From NCBI GenBank assembly GCA_034926675.1, contig JAYFQW010000024.1, positions 5,841 to 69,840 of the forward strand: a stretch of 64,000 bases of DNA, written 5' to 3'. Each line of letters opens with the position of its first letter. Position 1 is the stretch's first letter. Under the pieces are notes generated by a model. It was not told where the DNA came from. It saw only the letters and a program-made list of their open reading frames with translations, and searched no databases. A program made the translations under genes and the position numbers. The DNA comes from Clostridia bacterium (GTDB lineage: Bacteria; Bacillota; DTU025). Below are positions 63,424 to 64,000 of the stretch, in pieces.

Positions 63424-64000
63424 TCAGTGTGCGAAATGCCTCACTCCTGTAAACACCATTGCTAGGCCGTGGGCATTAGCAGACTCAATGCTGTCGCGAT
63501 CCTTCACCGAGCCTCCAGGCTGGATGATCGCCGTAATCCCCGCATCTGCGGCGAGTTCCACAGTGTCGGCGAACGGGAAGAAACCGTCGGAGGCAAGGAC
63601 CGAGCCGCGAGCCCTTTCACCCGCCGCCTCTATGGCGATCTTGGCAGCGCCGACCCTGTTCATCTGCCCGGCGCCCACTCCGACGGCGCCATCGCCATTC
63701 CAGAGCACAATCGCATTTGATCGTACATGGGCCGCCAGTTTCCACGCGTACGCGAGTTGGATACCCTCCCGCTCATCCGGAGCGCGCTTGGTGACGACAG
63801 AGAACCCGGCGCCGTCGTCACGCGTCGAATCCGGCTGTTGAACAAGGAACCCACCAAGCACCGGCCTCACATCCCAGCTCGGCGCGGCCTGCCATGCTCC
63901 TGCAGACATGTCGATAAGCCGCAGGTTGGGCTTTAGCCGGAGGACCGCCAGAGCATCATCGTCGAACCCTGGGGCCGCGATCACCTCAAGGAACAGCTTC
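63424..64000 (-). CDS. purH: Bifunctional AICAR transformylase / IMP cyclohydrolase PurH, C-terminal part; gene continues beyond the window end
   Basis: ...ESANAHGLAMVFTGVRHFAH is the canonical PurH C-terminus. The frame is open through 64000. Confidence 0.85.
   Translation of the reverse strand, partial: KLFLEVIAAPGFDDDALAVLRLKPNLRLIDMSAGAWQAAPSWDVRPVLGGFLVQQPDSTRDDGAGFSVVTKRAPDEREGIQLAYAWKLAAHVRSNAIVLWNGDGAVGVGAGQMNRVGAAKIAIEAAGERARGSVLASDGFFPFADTVELAADAGITAIIQPGGSVKDRDSIESANAHGLAMVFTGVRHFAH

Overview
This is a high-GC (about 65-68 %) window, densely coding and almost entirely on the minus strand. The gene content and order match the Bacillus yrr/yrv/yqf housekeeping regions. The order runs from low to high coordinate, with purH the first gene encountered reading the minus strand 5'->3'. 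It runs spoIVB fragment, rsmB, Zn-peptidase, fmt, def, priA, then a sugar-uptake locus (HAD, cupin, GH94-like hydrolase, two permeases, binding protein, LacI). It continues sigK, SpoVD-like PBP, udk, mltG, DUF1292, ruvX, AKR-ferredoxin fusion, AlkP-like membrane protein, ireB/yrzL, alaS, AI-2E transporter, nifU, nifS, Rrf2 regulator. The only plus-strand genes are iorA, iorB and a small membrane protein. It continues rarA, hisS, SurA-N/TPR protein, MBL hydrolase, dtd, relA, recJ, VWA protein, ChlI-like AAA+, HD hydrolase, a secreted hypothetical protein, yajC, tgt, queA, era, cdd. It ends with DUF3048, two DUF881 genes, dgkA, ybeY, pgpH, phoH, yqfD, yqfC, purD and a purH fragment. The sporulation genes present (spoIVB, an uninterrupted sigK, yqfC/yqfD, a SpoVD-like PBP) indicate a high-GC endospore-forming Firmicute. 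Symbiobacterium, Thermaerobacter or Limnochordia-like organisms would fit, but this cannot be confirmed without a database search. Several genes appear to start at TTG or GTG codons preceded by strong GGAGG Shine-Dalgarno sites (sigK, ruvX, the Rrf2 regulator, iorA). No rRNA, tRNA, CRISPR array, transposase or integrase was seen. The most unusual signals are listed in order. First, an array of four 15-bp GTACG-N5-CGTAC palindromes arranged as two pairs around the only AT-rich island, inside an unusually long 450-bp gap between convergent genes. Second, a 14-bp tandem repeat (x4) between era and queA. Third, an in-frame 30-nt tandem repeat insertion inside iorA. Fourth, an orphan HD / ChlI-like AAA+ / VWA three-gene module with a long Gly-rich tail, sitting where secDF/spoVB lie in Bacillus. 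Fifth, an AlkP-like membrane protein plus an aldo-keto-reductase-ferredoxin fusion inserted into the conserved alaS-ruvX cluster. Many long antisense ORFs in the six-frame track are GC-driven artefacts.
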